DNA of 64,000 nucleotides from Pradoshia sp. (lineage in GTDB: Bacteria > Bacillota > Bacilli > Bacillales > Pradoshiaceae). Position 1 is the first letter of the stretch, and every line of letters starts with the position of its first letter. The notes under the pieces were generated by a model that saw only the letters and a list, made by a program, of their open reading frames with translations, ran no database searches and had not been told where the DNA came from. The translations under genes and the position numbers were made by a program. Shown piece after piece: positions 9,957-20,539 of the stretch. Location of the stretch: positions 5,490 to 69,489 of the forward strand of contig JAZUQD010000418.1 in the NCBI GenBank assembly GCA_045605505.1. The letters are read 5' to 3'.

Positions 9957-10895
9957 ATGAAAAAAATATTTTCTATTTTACTTAGCACAGTTTTCATCAT
10001 CACTGCCTTCACAGGTTGCCAAACATCACCTCCTGTAGAAGAAGGTATCGTAGAAAAAGAATACTTTTTTGAGACTGCAGATGAAAACGGTACAAGTAAT
10101 TTTCCTGAAACAATAACAATAAACGGCCAGACATATGTAATTTCCGGTTTTTCAGATATTCAATATGAAACTACAGATTCAGAGGAAATGGTTGAAATGA
10201 TTGTGGATGTAGCAGTTGAAGATGAAAGTGAAATCAAACCGGTACAGGAATTTGAATATAACGGTCAAAAATATGTATTTGACTTGGCCGAAACTCAGTT
10301 AACTGCTGGAACAATCAATCGTACAGTTACAACTACTGCTGATTATGAAAATTACACTTCAGAACCTCAGGATGTACCTGAAAAAACTATGGTTGATGTA
10401 ACTATAGGTAATGAAACAAAGGAATTTGAAGGTTCTCTTGTGAAGCTAGAACAGATTTCTGACTATCAGTGGATGAATAATCTTTATCTTACAGGTGTAT
10501 GGACAGGAGATCCGGCAGCACAGCAGTATAGTCTTGATGGGGCAGGTATAACAGTTCCATATGATGCAGCAAAACCTACATGGCCAGGATTTGGCGATGC
10601 TATACGTAATTCTCTCGGTCTTTCGTCTAATTACTATAAAATAACAGATGGTTACTGGACTGATGCAGGGGAAATACAGAATGGACAGTTTATCCGCCAC
10701 GCTGCATATACAGGAGAAAGGTATGTTGCAAACTACAGAGCTACATATGAAGTAACATATTCTACAGAAGGCTTTTCCGGTAATGCAATATATCGAGCTA
10801 ACGCTGAAAAACTGAATGCAGATCAGGATGATAGAGTAACAATTTATACTATCAAAGCTGTTGTAAAATATAAGCTGGTTGAAACTGCAGAATGA
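9957..10895 (+). CDS. Lipoprotein, unknown function
   Basis: MKK + hydrophobic stretch + FTGC lipobox. Confidence 0.75.
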   Translation: MKKIFSILLSTVFIITAFTGCQTSPPVEEGIVEKEYFFETADENGTSNFPETITINGQTYVISGFSDIQYETTDSEEMVEMIVDVAVEDESEIKPVQEFEYNGQKYVFDLAETQLTAGTINRTVTTTADYENYTSEPQDVPEKTMVDVTIGNETKEFEGSLVKLEQISDYQWMNNLYLTGVWTGDPAAQQYSLDGAGITVPYDAAKPTWPGFGDAIRNSLGLSSNYYKITDGYWTDAGEIQNGQFIRHAAYTGERYVANYRATYEVTYSTEGFSGNAIYRANAEKLNADQDDRVTIYTIKAVVKYKLVETAE

Positions 10896-10909
10896 AATAG
10901 GAGTAACAT

Positions 10910-12004
10910 ATGAGCGAAAGAATATTAATTGGTACTGGTCAGGCAACAAACCAAAAGGGAGATATTATAGACATAAAAATCTACCTGGGAAATGTTGTTG
11001 AACTTCCGGATGGTTCTCAGACAAGTCTGTCCGATGAACAATATGCAAAAGTTTTGGAAAGATGGAACCGGGAACAGGTTAAGATAGAAGAAGCTCCCGT
11101 TGTAAAAGAAGATAATATTCAGGATGAGAAACAATTAATCCTGGAGACTCCCGGACCAGATATTCATCCAGAAGAAAAAAGTTCTTCCAGGCCGATTAAT
11201 ATTCAGTATTTTAATGAGAAATCAGGAACTTTATCAGATACTCCTCCTGAAAAAGATGATTGCAATACAGAAAAAGCTTCTGATATTGAAATTAAAACTG
11301 ATAATAATGAAGAAATTATTTCCCAAAAACCAGAAAAAACAGATAAAAAACTTATAAATATATTTATCGCCGGATTTATTATCCTATTATTAGCTGGTGG
11401 ATATTTAGTATTTAAAATCATATACCCTTCATTAGATAACTATGCTTTGAACGGAATTGCTTCAACTAATCCGTCCCCGACAGTGATTTCTGAAAAAATT
11501 ATTGTCAAGGTGACACAGGATATCTCTCAAGGTGATATTTTCACAGGAGATATGATTACCGACTTTAAGATATCTGAAGACGAATTCGATCAGATGAATG
11601 CCGCAACATATATTTCTGCAGATGGTAAAACTACAAACAGTACTCTTATTACTGCAGAAAAGAGGGAAGACATTATCGGTAAATTTGCAACAAGAAATAT
11701 TCCTAAAGGTACATATTTAACTCTTCAGGATTACTCTTCACAAAAAGTAATTGCAGAAAAAACTTTTGTTGAAGTAGAAGTTGACGGACAGACTATATCC
11801 GTCCCGGTAGATGCTACATCTTTAACAGGAAATACTCGTGTTAAAATAGTTGCTTTGATTACTACAGATAATCAGGATGATACAATTGCCATTGCATTAA
11901 GTGAGTTTATTCTTGAAGATAGAACACTTTCAGATATTTTTGATTCCGCAGGTCAGAGTATTTTAGCACAGCTTGCTGGCCAGTCTTCTGACAGTAACCA
12001 ATAA
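10910..12004 (+). CDS. Membrane-anchored SAF-domain (CpaB/FlgA-like) protein
   Basis: Single TM; VKVTQDISQGDIFTGDMI and DIIGKFATRNIPKGTYLT SAF-like motifs. Confidence 0.6.
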   Translation: MSERILIGTGQATNQKGDIIDIKIYLGNVVELPDGSQTSLSDEQYAKVLERWNREQVKIEEAPVVKEDNIQDEKQLILETPGPDIHPEEKSSSRPINIQYFNEKSGTLSDTPPEKDDCNTEKASDIEIKTDNNEEIISQKPEKTDKKLINIFIAGFIILLLAGGYLVFKIIYPSLDNYALNGIASTNPSPTVISEKIIVKVTQDISQGDIFTGDMITDFKISEDEFDQMNAATYISADGKTTNSTLITAEKREDIIGKFATRNIPKGTYLTLQDYSSQKVIAEKTFVEVEVDGQTISVPVDATSLTGNTRVKIVALITTDNQDDTIAIALSEFILEDRTLSDIFDSAGQSILAQLAGQSSDSNQ

Positions 12005-12019
12005 AGTTAAGAGGTATTT

Positions 12020-12490
12020 ATGCCGGAAATTTTGACAATCAGATTAATAAAAAACATTGTTACATCTATTATATTGATTTCTGCAGGAATTATATTTGGG
12101 TTATCCGCTCAATCAATAGTTTTAGCCAGTATACCTTTTCTATTGGGGTTAGTTGCAAGTGCAGCTGTTATAAAAACATATATTGACTGGGAAACTGGAA
12201 AAATACTTATCATTACAGCAGTATGTATACACAAAGAAACATATTTAGGTGGTAAATCAACCTATATTATGGTTGGAGTTAACGAAAATGATGACAAGTC
12301 ATATAACTTTACACTTAAGAATATTGATGTAAAAGCATTTTCAGTGTCCGGGATATACGAATTGTTGTTTAATAATAACGGTAATCGTTTATCTGAAGAA
12401 AATTTGATGGATTATGGGCCATCGGACACATCCAGCGATGTGATCAGTTCTGTTTTGAAAGAGGCAAATATTTTAGATGAAACAAAATAA
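12020..12490 (+). CDS. Membrane protein
   Basis: Two N-terminal TM helices; GAGG RBS; overlaps next gene. Confidence 0.65.
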   Translation: MPEILTIRLIKNIVTSIILISAGIIFGLSAQSIVLASIPFLLGLVASAAVIKTYIDWETGKILIITAVCIHKETYLGGKSTYIMVGVNENDDKSYNFTLKNIDVKAFSVSGIYELLFNNNGNRLSEENLMDYGPSDTSSDVISSVLKEANILDETK

Positions 12491-12947
12491 TAAAGTTATT
12501 AAAACTTCTTCAATTTTCCTGAAGAAAAAGGGCAAAGTGCTCTTTTTGTTGGTTCCGTTTATAGTTATACACCTGTTTCTTACTTATGGGATTGAAATGA
12601 TAATTGTAAATGGGGAATCAATGGAACCAGCATACAGTCATGGTGATGTAGTTTTTGTATTAAAAATACCGCATTCTTATGAATACGGCGATGTTGTAGT
12701 AGCTGTACATGATAACTATCACGTGCTAAAACGTGTTGCAGGCGGGCCAGAAGATATTGTTAATATTAACGAAGCAGAAAATATCGGTGATGTTAAAATG
12801 CCACATACAATATTAAAAGACTCTTATTTTCTTTTGGGAGACAATAGGTCGATTTCATATGACAGTAGATTTTCTGATTTTGGAGATATCCATAAGGACA
12901 AAATTATCGGTAAGGTGATTTATAAATTGCAAAGGAGAACTAATTAA
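12477..12947 (+). CDS. lepB: Signal peptidase I (S26 family)
   Basis: GESMEP (Ser), LKRV (Lys), GDNRSISYDSR box. Confidence 0.85.
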   Translation: MKQNNKVIKTSSIFLKKKGKVLFLLVPFIVIHLFLTYGIEMIIVNGESMEPAYSHGDVVFVLKIPHSYEYGDVVVAVHDNYHVLKRVAGGPEDIVNINEAENIGDVKMPHTILKDSYFLLGDNRSISYDSRFSDFGDIHKDKIIGKVIYKLQRRTN

Positions 12948-13163
12948 ATGGATAAGAAATCTTTATTTATTATTGATGAGAAAGCTATGCTTGAAAATTT
13001 TGAAGACAAAACACCTAAAAATGCTTTTGAATTTTTGTATATAACAAAAGGCATTGATATTGAATATAAGGTGGATAAAAAGTAATTAATCTTATTGCTG
13101 TTTCCTAATACAATTATCTGACTACGGCAAATAAACAGATAATTGCATTTTTCTTCCTTTCTC

Positions 13164-13198
13164 CCCGTCAACGTGAGTTGGCGGGGGTTTTCTTTTTA
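13164..13198 (+). terminator. Terminator at end of adhesin operon
   Basis: cccgtcaac-gtga-gttggcggg followed by T-rich tract. Confidence 0.6.
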
Positions 13199-13494
13199 TA
13201 GGAACTCAATATCTATTCGCGAAAAAAACATCTTCTGTTGAGAAGATGTTTTGCTGTTTGTCCATGCATAAATAAGAGTAAGTTAGAAAAATATAAAAAC
13301 TCCCCTAAGTATAAAGAAATACTTAAGGGAGTTTTTTCGATTTCTAAATAGAAAATAACAAGGAGATGATAAATGGTATACCTATTGAACATTTGCAAAT
13401 CATAGAGCCACCAATTGCAGCGCAAATCACTGGCAATCTCTTTTCATAAACATACTTTACTTTGTAAAATTCATGTTTAACGGTTTTACAAAAA

Positions 13495-14100
13495 CTATTT
13501 TGTCATTCTTCTATTCATGTACTTAGGATTTACCCATAAGATATAAAACAATGCTATTGTTATCAAAAGCAATGTTCCAAGCCAATATATCTTGCTGTAC
13601 CATACAAATAAGAATATTGCAGCTTGTACCATGCAATATATCATTTCTATTTTCACATTCTTTTTATACTGCTTTACATCTTTTTCATATCTAAGGTTAA
13701 ACACCATCCAGATAGAACATACTAATAATGGGACAATCTTGATTAACAATTCAATTGTTTTCATATATGGGGTCTGCACTTCTTGGAAAGGTCTCATTGC
13801 AACATTCAAAAAGGCTGCCTGCCCTATAATTGCAATCTTACATAAATTTATTTGTAGGATTTTATTCTTTTCTTTTACTCTTGGTAAATCCTCGTCACTT
13901 GTATACTCGTTATTCAACAAATAATCTGTGGACACATGAAACAATTTGCTAATCTGGAGTAAGTTTGATGAATCTGGTATTGCTGTTCCCATCTCCCAAC
14001 GAGAAATTGCCTGTCTGGATACACTTAAAATATTCGCAAGCTCCTCTTGAGAATATCCCTCTCTTTTTCTTAACTGTAAAAGCTTTTCTGCAAATGTCAT
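13495..14100 (-). CDS. XRE-family HTH regulator with C-terminal membrane domain
   Basis: LRKREGYSQEELANILSVSRQAISRWEMG..PD HTH_3 motif; TM helices. Confidence 0.9.
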   Translation of the reverse strand: MTFAEKLLQLRKREGYSQEELANILSVSRQAISRWEMGTAIPDSSNLLQISKLFHVSTDYLLNNEYTSDEDLPRVKEKNKILQINLCKIAIIGQAAFLNVAMRPFQEVQTPYMKTIELLIKIVPLLVCSIWMVFNLRYEKDVKQYKKNVKIEMIYCMVQAAIFLFVWYSKIYWLGTLLLITIALFYILWVNPKYMNRRMTK

Positions 14101-14364
14101 ACAATCAACCCCTTTCTTCCTTTGTAGCTTAATTGTAATTCATTTTGCTTAAATATACCACCACATCGACTTTACAATTACGCAACTCAATGTAACATTG
14201 ATGTTTAATATCGAAAATTTATATTTATCTAATATTATTATACTAAAATAATGTAAATTTTTCACCTACCAACTGTTCGTAAAATTCAAATTCTATGTTA
14301 TACTTTAATTAAAAAATAATATTCTATTTGAACTTCATTAATTTAATATCTTTGGAGGTTTAAA

Positions 14365-14574
14365 ATGAAATACATATATGAATATGAAACAGTGAGTTGT
14401 GATTTTGGTGGCTGGGGCCTTGGCTCAGGCAATATTTATGGAATTGAGGATTATCGCTCCATTATCAATAAAAGAGCTGAAGAAGGCTGGCGCTATGTTG
14501 GTTTTATTCCAACAAAACAGCGCGGCACCGGTCATACACAGGAATTAGACTTGATATTTGAAAAAATTTTATAA
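14365..14574 (+). CDS. DUF4177 family protein
   Basis: YEYETV...IINKRAEEGWRYVG...DLIFEK; GGAGG RBS. Confidence 0.75.
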   Translation: MKYIYEYETVSCDFGGWGLGSGNIYGIEDYRSIINKRAEEGWRYVGFIPTKQRGTGHTQELDLIFEKIL

Positions 14575-14607
14575 AACTAATCTATTATATGAGAAAGGGG
14601 AATAAGT

Positions 14608-15372
14608 ATGGATAAAATTAAAAATTTGAATCGATATCAAAAAGCTGTCCTGATTATTATGGCTGTTATGATAGCGTTGTTTGGTGTAATATACTCTAAA
14701 ACTATTTCCCGAGAAGGCTTTTTATATAATGATGTTATTCTTGTACCAAAACAGGATAATGGTGACACTATATATTCCGGCAAGTTAAAAGGCGAACAGG
14801 CCGTTTTCACTGTAGATGCTGATAAAACTGTAGTGTTCCAGCATGGTGATACTGTGTACGGACCGTATACCGCAAAAGAAGACCCAACCGCTATACCAGA
14901 GGAAAATGAATTTAGCAGCAAACTAATGGTTGGCGTGGAAGTTTATAAAGGAAACGATCTCTTCTTCCGTGGTGGTGTATTAAAACAAAGCGACGAATGG
15001 TGGCTTTTCAATGAAGACGGAACCTTTGAAAATTTCGATATTATGTTCTCTGATGGGTATCATACATATGATGGTGCCGGTAATGTAGTAGATCCTGTAG
15101 AGCCATCTGCATCAACAATAATTGATTTAATGGCTGGTCCAAAATTAACTCATAAAGGTGATTGGATGGTGTTTTTCTACGGCATAATTATATGTTTAAT
15201 TACAGCAGGTTCAATTATATTCGTAGATGAATTATTTCGTTGGAATCTTTCTTTTCAGATTCGTGATGCAGAACGCGCTGAACCATCTGAATGGGAAATC
15301 GCAGGTCGATACATATCCTGGACTTTATTGCCGGTAATAGCATTGGTTATTTTTATAGTGGGACTTCAGTAA
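14608..15372 (+). CDS. Membrane protein (DUF6199-like C-terminus)
   Basis: N-terminal TM, C-terminal FRWNL..AEPSEW..GR TM hairpin. Confidence 0.6.
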   Translation: MDKIKNLNRYQKAVLIIMAVMIALFGVIYSKTISREGFLYNDVILVPKQDNGDTIYSGKLKGEQAVFTVDADKTVVFQHGDTVYGPYTAKEDPTAIPEENEFSSKLMVGVEVYKGNDLFFRGGVLKQSDEWWLFNEDGTFENFDIMFSDGYHTYDGAGNVVDPVEPSASTIIDLMAGPKLTHKGDWMVFFYGIIICLITAGSIIFVDELFRWNLSFQIRDAERAEPSEWEIAGRYISWTLLPVIALVIFIVGLQ

Positions 15373-15413
15373 ATAATGATAGCTCATATACTAACCATAT
15401 AAAGGAGTTGCAA

Positions 15414-16874
15414 ATGAAAAAATATTTAGGTTATATCCCGGCAGTAGTATTTACCGGTTTTTATCTGCTTACAGGTCTTACAGGAGTAAGCATGGCCTTA
15501 TCTATGATTTTAATATGGCTTGGCTGCTTTTATATTTCCGCAGTGCTTCTCCATAAAGGTATTATCTGGGGTGGTATATTTGGTACACTTCCGGCTTTAC
15601 ATATGATTATAAGAGGCGATAGTGAAGTAGTTATTGGAATTATAATTGCTTTATTTTACATAGTTTTGAGCATTTATCTGTGGAAAAATAAGGGTAAGCA
15701 TTCAGAATCTGTGACAAAACAGGAAGTTGCTGCTTTCTTCACAAACATAGTTTTCACTGTAATTGTACTGATATTGAGCGCTTATGTAGCTGTTATAGGC
15801 GGAATGATTCTTATGGCAAGTGGAGTACACTATATATTGGCGTATGCAGGTATGTTTGTACTTCCGACATTATTATTACCTCTGATTTGGCTAAAAAACC
15901 GAAAAAAATTTATATCTATATGGAGCAAAGCAGCACTGATATATCTTGTTGTCTTACTTGGCAACTATGCCTATGAAAAGTATGATGCAAGTATAACAGT
16001 CAACACAGCACCTAACATTAAAGTATACGAATACCTACCCTTTGAAGAAGAGTCAAAAATCGTTAAAATTGACAACAGCACATTAAAACTTACTGATAAT
16101 CTGCCAAAGATAGATGGCGCTGCAGCTCTTTTCCCAGTGTATTCTGCGTTTGTAAATGCGGTTTATCCTGAAACAACTGAATTACATGACGGTATTTTTC
16201 AATATAATAATACACCTGGTGGGTATCAGTTGTTAGCAGAAAAGAATATAGATCTGTTTATAGGTGTTTATCCTTCCGAAGATCAGAAAGCCTATGCAGA
16301 AGAATGCAACACAACTTTTGAATACACCCCTATTGGTACAGAAGCATTTGTTTTCTTTGTTCATAAGGACAATCCAATTGATAACCTGACAACTGAACAG
16401 ATTCAGGGAATTTATTCTGGCGAGATAACCAACTGGAAACAGGTTGGCGGTAAAAATGAAGAAATCGCTGCATTCCAACGCAATGAAGGCAGTGGCAGCC
16501 AGAGTATGCTTAAACGTTTTATGGGAGACAAGCCTATTATGGAAGCACCTACCGAACTGGTAAACGATATGATGTCAGGTATCATAGAAAGGGTTTCAAA
16601 CTACAGAAGTAAATCAAATTCTATTGGCTTTTCCTTCAGATTCTATGTTGAAGGCATCATAAAGAATCCTGATATCAAGATGCTTTCCATTGATGGGGTT
16701 GCACCTACAGCAGAAAACATTAAAAACGGCAGTTATCCAATTGTTACACCTATTTATGCTGTTACATATGAAGAAAACACAAATGATAATGTTGATAAAT
16801 TACTTCAATGGATATTGTCTGATGAAGGACAGTATATTATTGAAGAAACTGGTTATGTAGGTATAGCAAAATAA
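15414..16874 (+). CDS. Membrane domain fused to PstS/PBP-like substrate-binding domain
   Basis: IDGAAALFP, EAFVFFVHKDNPIDNLT, QRNEGSGSQ, SIDGVAPTAENIKNGSYP; AAGGAG RBS before ATG 15414. Confidence 0.85.
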   Translation: MKKYLGYIPAVVFTGFYLLTGLTGVSMALSMILIWLGCFYISAVLLHKGIIWGGIFGTLPALHMIIRGDSEVVIGIIIALFYIVLSIYLWKNKGKHSESVTKQEVAAFFTNIVFTVIVLILSAYVAVIGGMILMASGVHYILAYAGMFVLPTLLLPLIWLKNRKKFISIWSKAALIYLVVLLGNYAYEKYDASITVNTAPNIKVYEYLPFEEESKIVKIDNSTLKLTDNLPKIDGAAALFPVYSAFVNAVYPETTELHDGIFQYNNTPGGYQLLAEKNIDLFIGVYPSEDQKAYAEECNTTFEYTPIGTEAFVFFVHKDNPIDNLTTEQIQGIYSGEITNWKQVGGKNEEIAAFQRNEGSGSQSMLKRFMGDKPIMEAPTELVNDMMSGIIERVSNYRSKSNSIGFSFRFYVEGIIKNPDIKMLSIDGVAPTAENIKNGSYPIVTPIYAVTYEENTNDNVDKLLQWILSDEGQYIIEETGYVGIAK

Positions 16875-16900
16875 AAGGTAGTTTATGAGGTAGTTGTACT

Positions 16901-17190
16901 ATGAAATATCCGATTTATAACAATGAAATGCAGGAAGGTGGCCTGATTATTGATGGAGTTGCTCCAGGGTGGATACCTATGGAACAATTCGAGAAAAAAG
17001 GCCTTGACCGTATTGTCTATACCGGTCTTCGAACAATAGGTATGCATTTTGTTAGGGCTACTGGTTTTTGCTATTGCAAGCGGAGTGCATCGTATGATGT
17101 TTTCTATGTCACACAATGTTGTGTATCCATACCTTTGGGAAAAGATGAATGAAAAAATCGGAGACATCAGATCAGTGTCAAGAAACTAGA
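16901..17190 (+). pseudogene. Probable frameshifted gene fragment
   Basis: 83-aa ORF; another frame stays open from ~17070 to a stop at ~17189. Confidence 0.35.
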
Positions 17191-17210
17191 TAATGTCGAA
17201 GGAGACTAAC

Positions 17211-18146
17211 ATGGAATTTATCATAGAAGAAAATTGTTACAACATTGAAGCAGTAGAAACTATAACCCCTTATTTAAAACCATTTATAGAACATGTTCTT
17301 ACAGCAAAAAATATCTCATCTTTAGATTATTTTGTAATTGCAGATTCCAAAGAAGAAAACTATGCTGAAACCGTTAACAAGTACGCATCTATAGTTGGAA
17401 CAGATACATACATTACTCAAGATGGTAGCTATTTTACAGCAGGAAAATCATTGGATGGTATTGACGAAAACGGAAATCTTCACCAAGCTATTGTTATTAA
17501 GTCCGCAAACTGGGTCGGTGCAGCATTTGAATATATGGACACTCAGGGAATACTTAAAGAGGGAATATTAGATCAAATGAATACTCCACAATTTATGTCT
17601 CTATCCCTTATTCTGCACGAAATAGGACACGCTATTGATAATGAACAGCAATATAAAATTAGCGGAACCGTCAACACAAAAGTACTTTATAATCTCGATT
17701 ATGAGTATGCTGAATATGTAAAAAATACTGCACTAAGCCTATGGGGAGAATACTTTGCAGAATCCTTTGCCTATCAGATAATACGTATCATAGATGAATC
17801 AGCAGATGGAAAAGAATCCGAGTTAGAAAAGTGTATTAGCAGTTATTCTATTGGAATAGATAGAAACACTCTATTTAATAGAGTACATAGGATACTCTAC
17901 TTTTTTGTAATACAGATTGCATATATTCATCAAAGTAGCAATTTTAGTAGTACATTCAATTACAGTAAGTACGAAGATGATAAATTGCTTAGCTTTTATA
18001 TCCCTTTTCTCGCTAGAACAGAAGTAGCAATTGTAAACCTATATCGCAACTATCCTCATTGGGAATCATACGAATTACTCAATGAACTTTCTGATATATT
18101 CATGGAATTTGTTATGTTTGAATATCAGCAACAGAAAGAGAGTTAA
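17211..18146 (+). CDS. HEXXH zinc-metalloprotease-like protein
   Basis: LHEIGH plus downstream WGEYFAE; AAGGAG RBS before ATG 17211. Confidence 0.6.
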   Translation: MEFIIEENCYNIEAVETITPYLKPFIEHVLTAKNISSLDYFVIADSKEENYAETVNKYASIVGTDTYITQDGSYFTAGKSLDGIDENGNLHQAIVIKSANWVGAAFEYMDTQGILKEGILDQMNTPQFMSLSLILHEIGHAIDNEQQYKISGTVNTKVLYNLDYEYAEYVKNTALSLWGEYFAESFAYQIIRIIDESADGKESELEKCISSYSIGIDRNTLFNRVHRILYFFVIQIAYIHQSSNFSSTFNYSKYEDDKLLSFYIPFLARTEVAIVNLYRNYPHWESYELLNELSDIFMEFVMFEYQQQKES

Positions 18147-18426
18147 CCTTTTCAGTAAGACATATATCGTGTGGAGCAATATACAGGACATCACCTTTGA
18201 CCAGACCAGAAGGCAAGCAGACTTATCCACAATACAGCTGATTGCTTTGGCCCGCCTGATTCTGTAATTGTTGGGCATAGAGTATTTACATAAATAAAAC
18301 CGGCTATTACTTTTCAAAATAAAGTAGCAAACTGTTTCAACTATTGCAATATTTAACAAAATATTTTGTATATTGGATATTGAACTCATCAAATAAATAG
18401 TGTATAATTGAGTCAAGAAAACATAC

Positions 18427-18443
18427 AAGATAACATATAAGTT
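18427..18443 (+). repeat. 17-bp direct repeat, left of fic
   Basis: AAGATAACATATAAGTT; 16/17 identical to 19463-19479. Confidence 0.65.
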
Positions 18444-18454
18444 AGGGGAATTTT

Positions 18455-19447
18455 ATGGGACAGTACAAACCACCATTTGAAATAACAAATGAAGTTTTAA
18501 CTTATGTTTCCTCAATATCAGAAAAAGTTGGCAAAATCAGTGCCATCAACAATCTTGATTCAAAACCACATTTAAGAAAGATAAACAGAATCAAATCTAT
18601 ACATTCTTCTCTTAAAATAGAGGCAAACTCTCTTACAATATCACAGGTGCGAGATGTTATTAACGGCAAAACCGTGCTTGGAGAACAAAAGGAAATACAG
18701 GAAGTAAAAAATGCATATGCAGCGTACGAAAAGCTTTCTGAAATTAAACCATACAGTCTAGAAAGCCTTAAAGAGTTTCACGGTATAATGACAAAATATA
18801 TTGTTGATGAAGCTGGTCAGTTCAGAAAAGGCGAGGAAGGTGTTTTTAATGGTGATGTGTGCATCTTTGTAGCTCCTCCAGCAAGATTCGTACCTGACTT
18901 AATGACAGAACTGTTTGGCTGGATGGAAAAGAACCATAAAACAGTTCATCCTTTAATTATGTCAGCAGTATTCCATTATGAATTTGTGTTTATCCATCCT
19001 TTTGCAGATGGAAACGGCAGAATGGCAAGATTATGGCATACAGCATTGCTTTCATCATGGAAACCTATCTTTGAATTTATTCCAATAGAAAGTCAGATAG
19101 AAAAATTTCAAAACGAATATTATGAAGCTATAGCCAAATGCCATACTGAAGGTGCATCAACAAGTTTTATAGTATTTATATTGGAACAGATAGATAAAAT
19201 TCTTGATGATGTATCTGAACAGGTAAATCAAAACATTGACCAGTTGTCGGAATATGTAAAAAGATTAATGGGTGTTATGGAGTATGATGTGCCATATACT
19301 GCCTTGGCACTTATGAATGAACTGGGATTAAAATCAAGAGCATCTTTCAGAGAAAACTATCTGGTACCAGCTTTGGAACTTAATCTAATTAAAATGACTA
19401 TCCCGGATAAACCAAACAGCAGAAACCAGAGATATATAAAACAATAA
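18455..19447 (+). CDS. Fic family protein with C-terminal HTH
   Basis: HPFADGNGRMAR Fic motif; SLKIEAN inhibitory-type motif; PDKPNSRNQRY C-terminus. Confidence 0.95.
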   Translation: MGQYKPPFEITNEVLTYVSSISEKVGKISAINNLDSKPHLRKINRIKSIHSSLKIEANSLTISQVRDVINGKTVLGEQKEIQEVKNAYAAYEKLSEIKPYSLESLKEFHGIMTKYIVDEAGQFRKGEEGVFNGDVCIFVAPPARFVPDLMTELFGWMEKNHKTVHPLIMSAVFHYEFVFIHPFADGNGRMARLWHTALLSSWKPIFEFIPIESQIEKFQNEYYEAIAKCHTEGASTSFIVFILEQIDKILDDVSEQVNQNIDQLSEYVKRLMGVMEYDVPYTALALMNELGLKSRASFRENYLVPALELNLIKMTIPDKPNSRNQRYIKQ

Positions 19448-19462
19448 ACCAAGTTAACACAT

Positions 19463-19479
19463 AAGATAACGTATAAGTT
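19463..19479 (+). repeat. 17-bp direct repeat, right of fic
   Basis: AAGATAACGTATAAGTT. Confidence 0.65.
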
Positions 19480-19607
19480 TATTATGAATTATGCATTATT
19501 CGCCACGAATAAGTGATAATTCTATTAGGTATTTTCAAATTGCAATCTGTTCGATAAATTTTACTTTGATAGAAAGACAAATTCTAAGTTGCCGAAGGGA
19601 AACAGAA

Positions 19608-20063
19608 ATGGATGAATTGAAAAAGTATGTATATAAACAACTGAATATTTGGGGCATAAATACATACTTGATTTATCCAGAATATTATAAAACAGTTGTT
19701 GAACTGCTTAATCTACATATCTCAAGTCTGATATTATTGGATATTGTGAAGCGAACAAAGCCAATAGAATTGTATCCAGCGGTTGTTTATATTCCACGTC
19801 ATGCTGAGAAATATAGATGTATGCCACTCCTATGCTATAAAAATGGCGATGAGTTTTATCACATTCAGTACCATGATGGATGGATGTGTAGAAATTGTTG
19901 GACAAACAATGGACCCGTAATTATGCCGATGTTTGAGGCAGATACAACGTACTACCAATATCCTTTACCGCCGATTCCAGAAATATTTCAAAAGGTAAAT
20001 TGTAAAAAATGTGGGAAACCATTGCAGAATCATTTGATAATGGTGGATGAGGAGAGTCTATGA
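19608..20063 (+). CDS. Hypothetical protein with zinc-ribbon cysteines
   Basis: CRNC and CKKC pairs; AAGGGA RBS before ATG 19608. Confidence 0.6.
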   Translation: MDELKKYVYKQLNIWGINTYLIYPEYYKTVVELLNLHISSLILLDIVKRTKPIELYPAVVYIPRHAEKYRCMPLLCYKNGDEFYHIQYHDGWMCRNCWTNNGPVIMPMFEADTTYYQYPLPPIPEIFQKVNCKKCGKPLQNHLIMVDEESL

Positions 20064-20256
20064 TTTCAACCAAAGGAAAAAGAAAAGTTGTATATGAGGG
20101 CAACACATATTATTGGCATATAAAAAAGACGAAAATGAAATACCGTGGATTCATATTGTTTCGGAGGATAAGTCTCTGTATATGAAACGTAGATTCGATA
20201 AAGAAATAAGTGTTGGCTCGCAGTATATTAAAGATATATTGGGTGGAAGAAAATAA
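20060..20256 (+). pseudogene. Small gene split by a -1 frameshift at A AAA AAG
   Basis: GAGGAG RBS, MISTKGKRKVVYEGNTYYWHIKK continues in -1 frame as DENEIPWIHIVSEDK...GRK*. Confidence 0.5.
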
Positions 20257-20539
20257 TTAAGACAGAATTTGGAATTATTGAAGAAATAGAGGAAACACAT
20301 AAACCAACAGACAGGTGCATATACGCCAATCAAAGAATTTAAAAATTCTAATATGTAGCTGAAATTTAACTGTATAAACAGTTAATAAAATCCCAAGTTG
20401 ATGGTCTTATTGTGGCATAATAGAGAGATTAAAGTATATGTTGGAAGATAAAGAATAGCTAATGCAGATATTAATGAAAGTGGCATTAAGATTTAACTAT
20501 ACGTTGAGAATAGTAAAAACGCAAAAGGAATGATGACAA

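Noticed and set aside
13366..13449. 27-codon ORF with AAGGAG RBS at the start of the cargo region
   Set aside because: Too short to support; may be a truncated gene start
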